NCBI GenBank assembly: GCA_024679065.1
Contig: JAGIQG010000012.1
Span: forward strand, 53,196,001 to 53,260,000
Direction of reading: 5' to 3'
DNA: 64,000 bases
Source of the DNA: Sphyrna mokarran
Lineage: Eukaryota
The notes below the pieces were generated by a model. That model had not been told where the DNA came from, ran no database searches, and was given only the letters and a program-made list of their open reading frames with translations. The position numbers and the translations under genes are program-made. Position 1 is the first letter of the stretch, and each line of letters starts with the position of its first letter. Positions 63,435-64,000 of the stretch are shown here, piece after piece.

Positions 63435-63908
63435 AAACGCATTAATAGGTGTATTATGAAAGATGAATAAGAATCAAAATAATATTAACTGTTTTAGCAA
63501 TAGGTTTCTATCTGCTCGAAAGCCTAACACTAATCACGTTTATTTAACGTGGCTAATTGTTTTCTTCCCGTGTGTATCCCATTCCAATAATAATCAGCGT
63601 TGCATAATTTACTTTTGGAATAATCGCGCTGTGGAAAGCAGGGGCGGTCTTTTGGATATGGGAGAATGACTTTCATGGCTGTGGATCATTTAAATGAAGC
63701 GAGGTGTGAGTGAGTGTGTGTGTGTGTGTGTGAGTCCTTCAGAGAGAGAGAGAGGGAGCCTCATACGTTTGGTTTAGGATGAACGCACATGAGCCATGTG
63801 GCAACAGCATCCACTCCTAAATGCCTGACTCTCCTACTGAATGTGAACAAAAAAAAGGATTGCTGATCTCAAAATAAAATAGGTGAATTATTCGCACAAG
63901 AAGTAAGT
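63435..63908 (+). promoter_or_regulatory. Probable promoter and non-coding first exon of a downstream gene
   Basis: TE-free, CpG-retaining AT-rich DNA; GC box GGGGCGG at 63641; TG/AG microsatellite; donor AA|GTAAGT at 63903. Confidence 0.45.
63704..63756. repeat. Compound (TG)n/(AG)n microsatellite
   Basis: Directly visible. Confidence 0.9.
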
Positions 63909-64000
63909 ACCGACCGCCTCTGGGAATCACTTCAATTTGTTAAATGCATTTTAAAACCGTCCGTTGCTATTGTCTTACTGGAATTAATGCTGAGCTTGGT

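Overview
Vertebrate non-coding DNA dense in transposable elements. The HE1-type V-SINEs and HER1/CR1 LINEs point to a shark (elasmobranch) genome; this is inferred from the repeat families. No intact host protein-coding gene could be identified, and most ORFs in the track are artefacts of SINE or LINE sequence. The window holds many CR1 fragments (three young), about 16 HE1-type SINEs with two different tails, Deu-domain SINEs, Penelope-like (GIY-YIG) relics whose termini carry minimal hammerhead-ribozyme cores, a decayed two-ORF PIF/Harbinger transposon with related MITEs flanked by AT duplications, a solo LTR with a 4-bp TSD, and one 157-nt N gap. The most notable non-routine signals are: an initiator-tRNA(Met) pseudogene fused to a SINE as one insertion, a fossil UACA-family coiled-coil coding region, a young CR1 carrying a V-SINE in its 3' UTR, and a probable promoter/first exon at the right edge. 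All calls were made by eye against remembered consensus or protein sequences, so boundaries of old elements are approximate.
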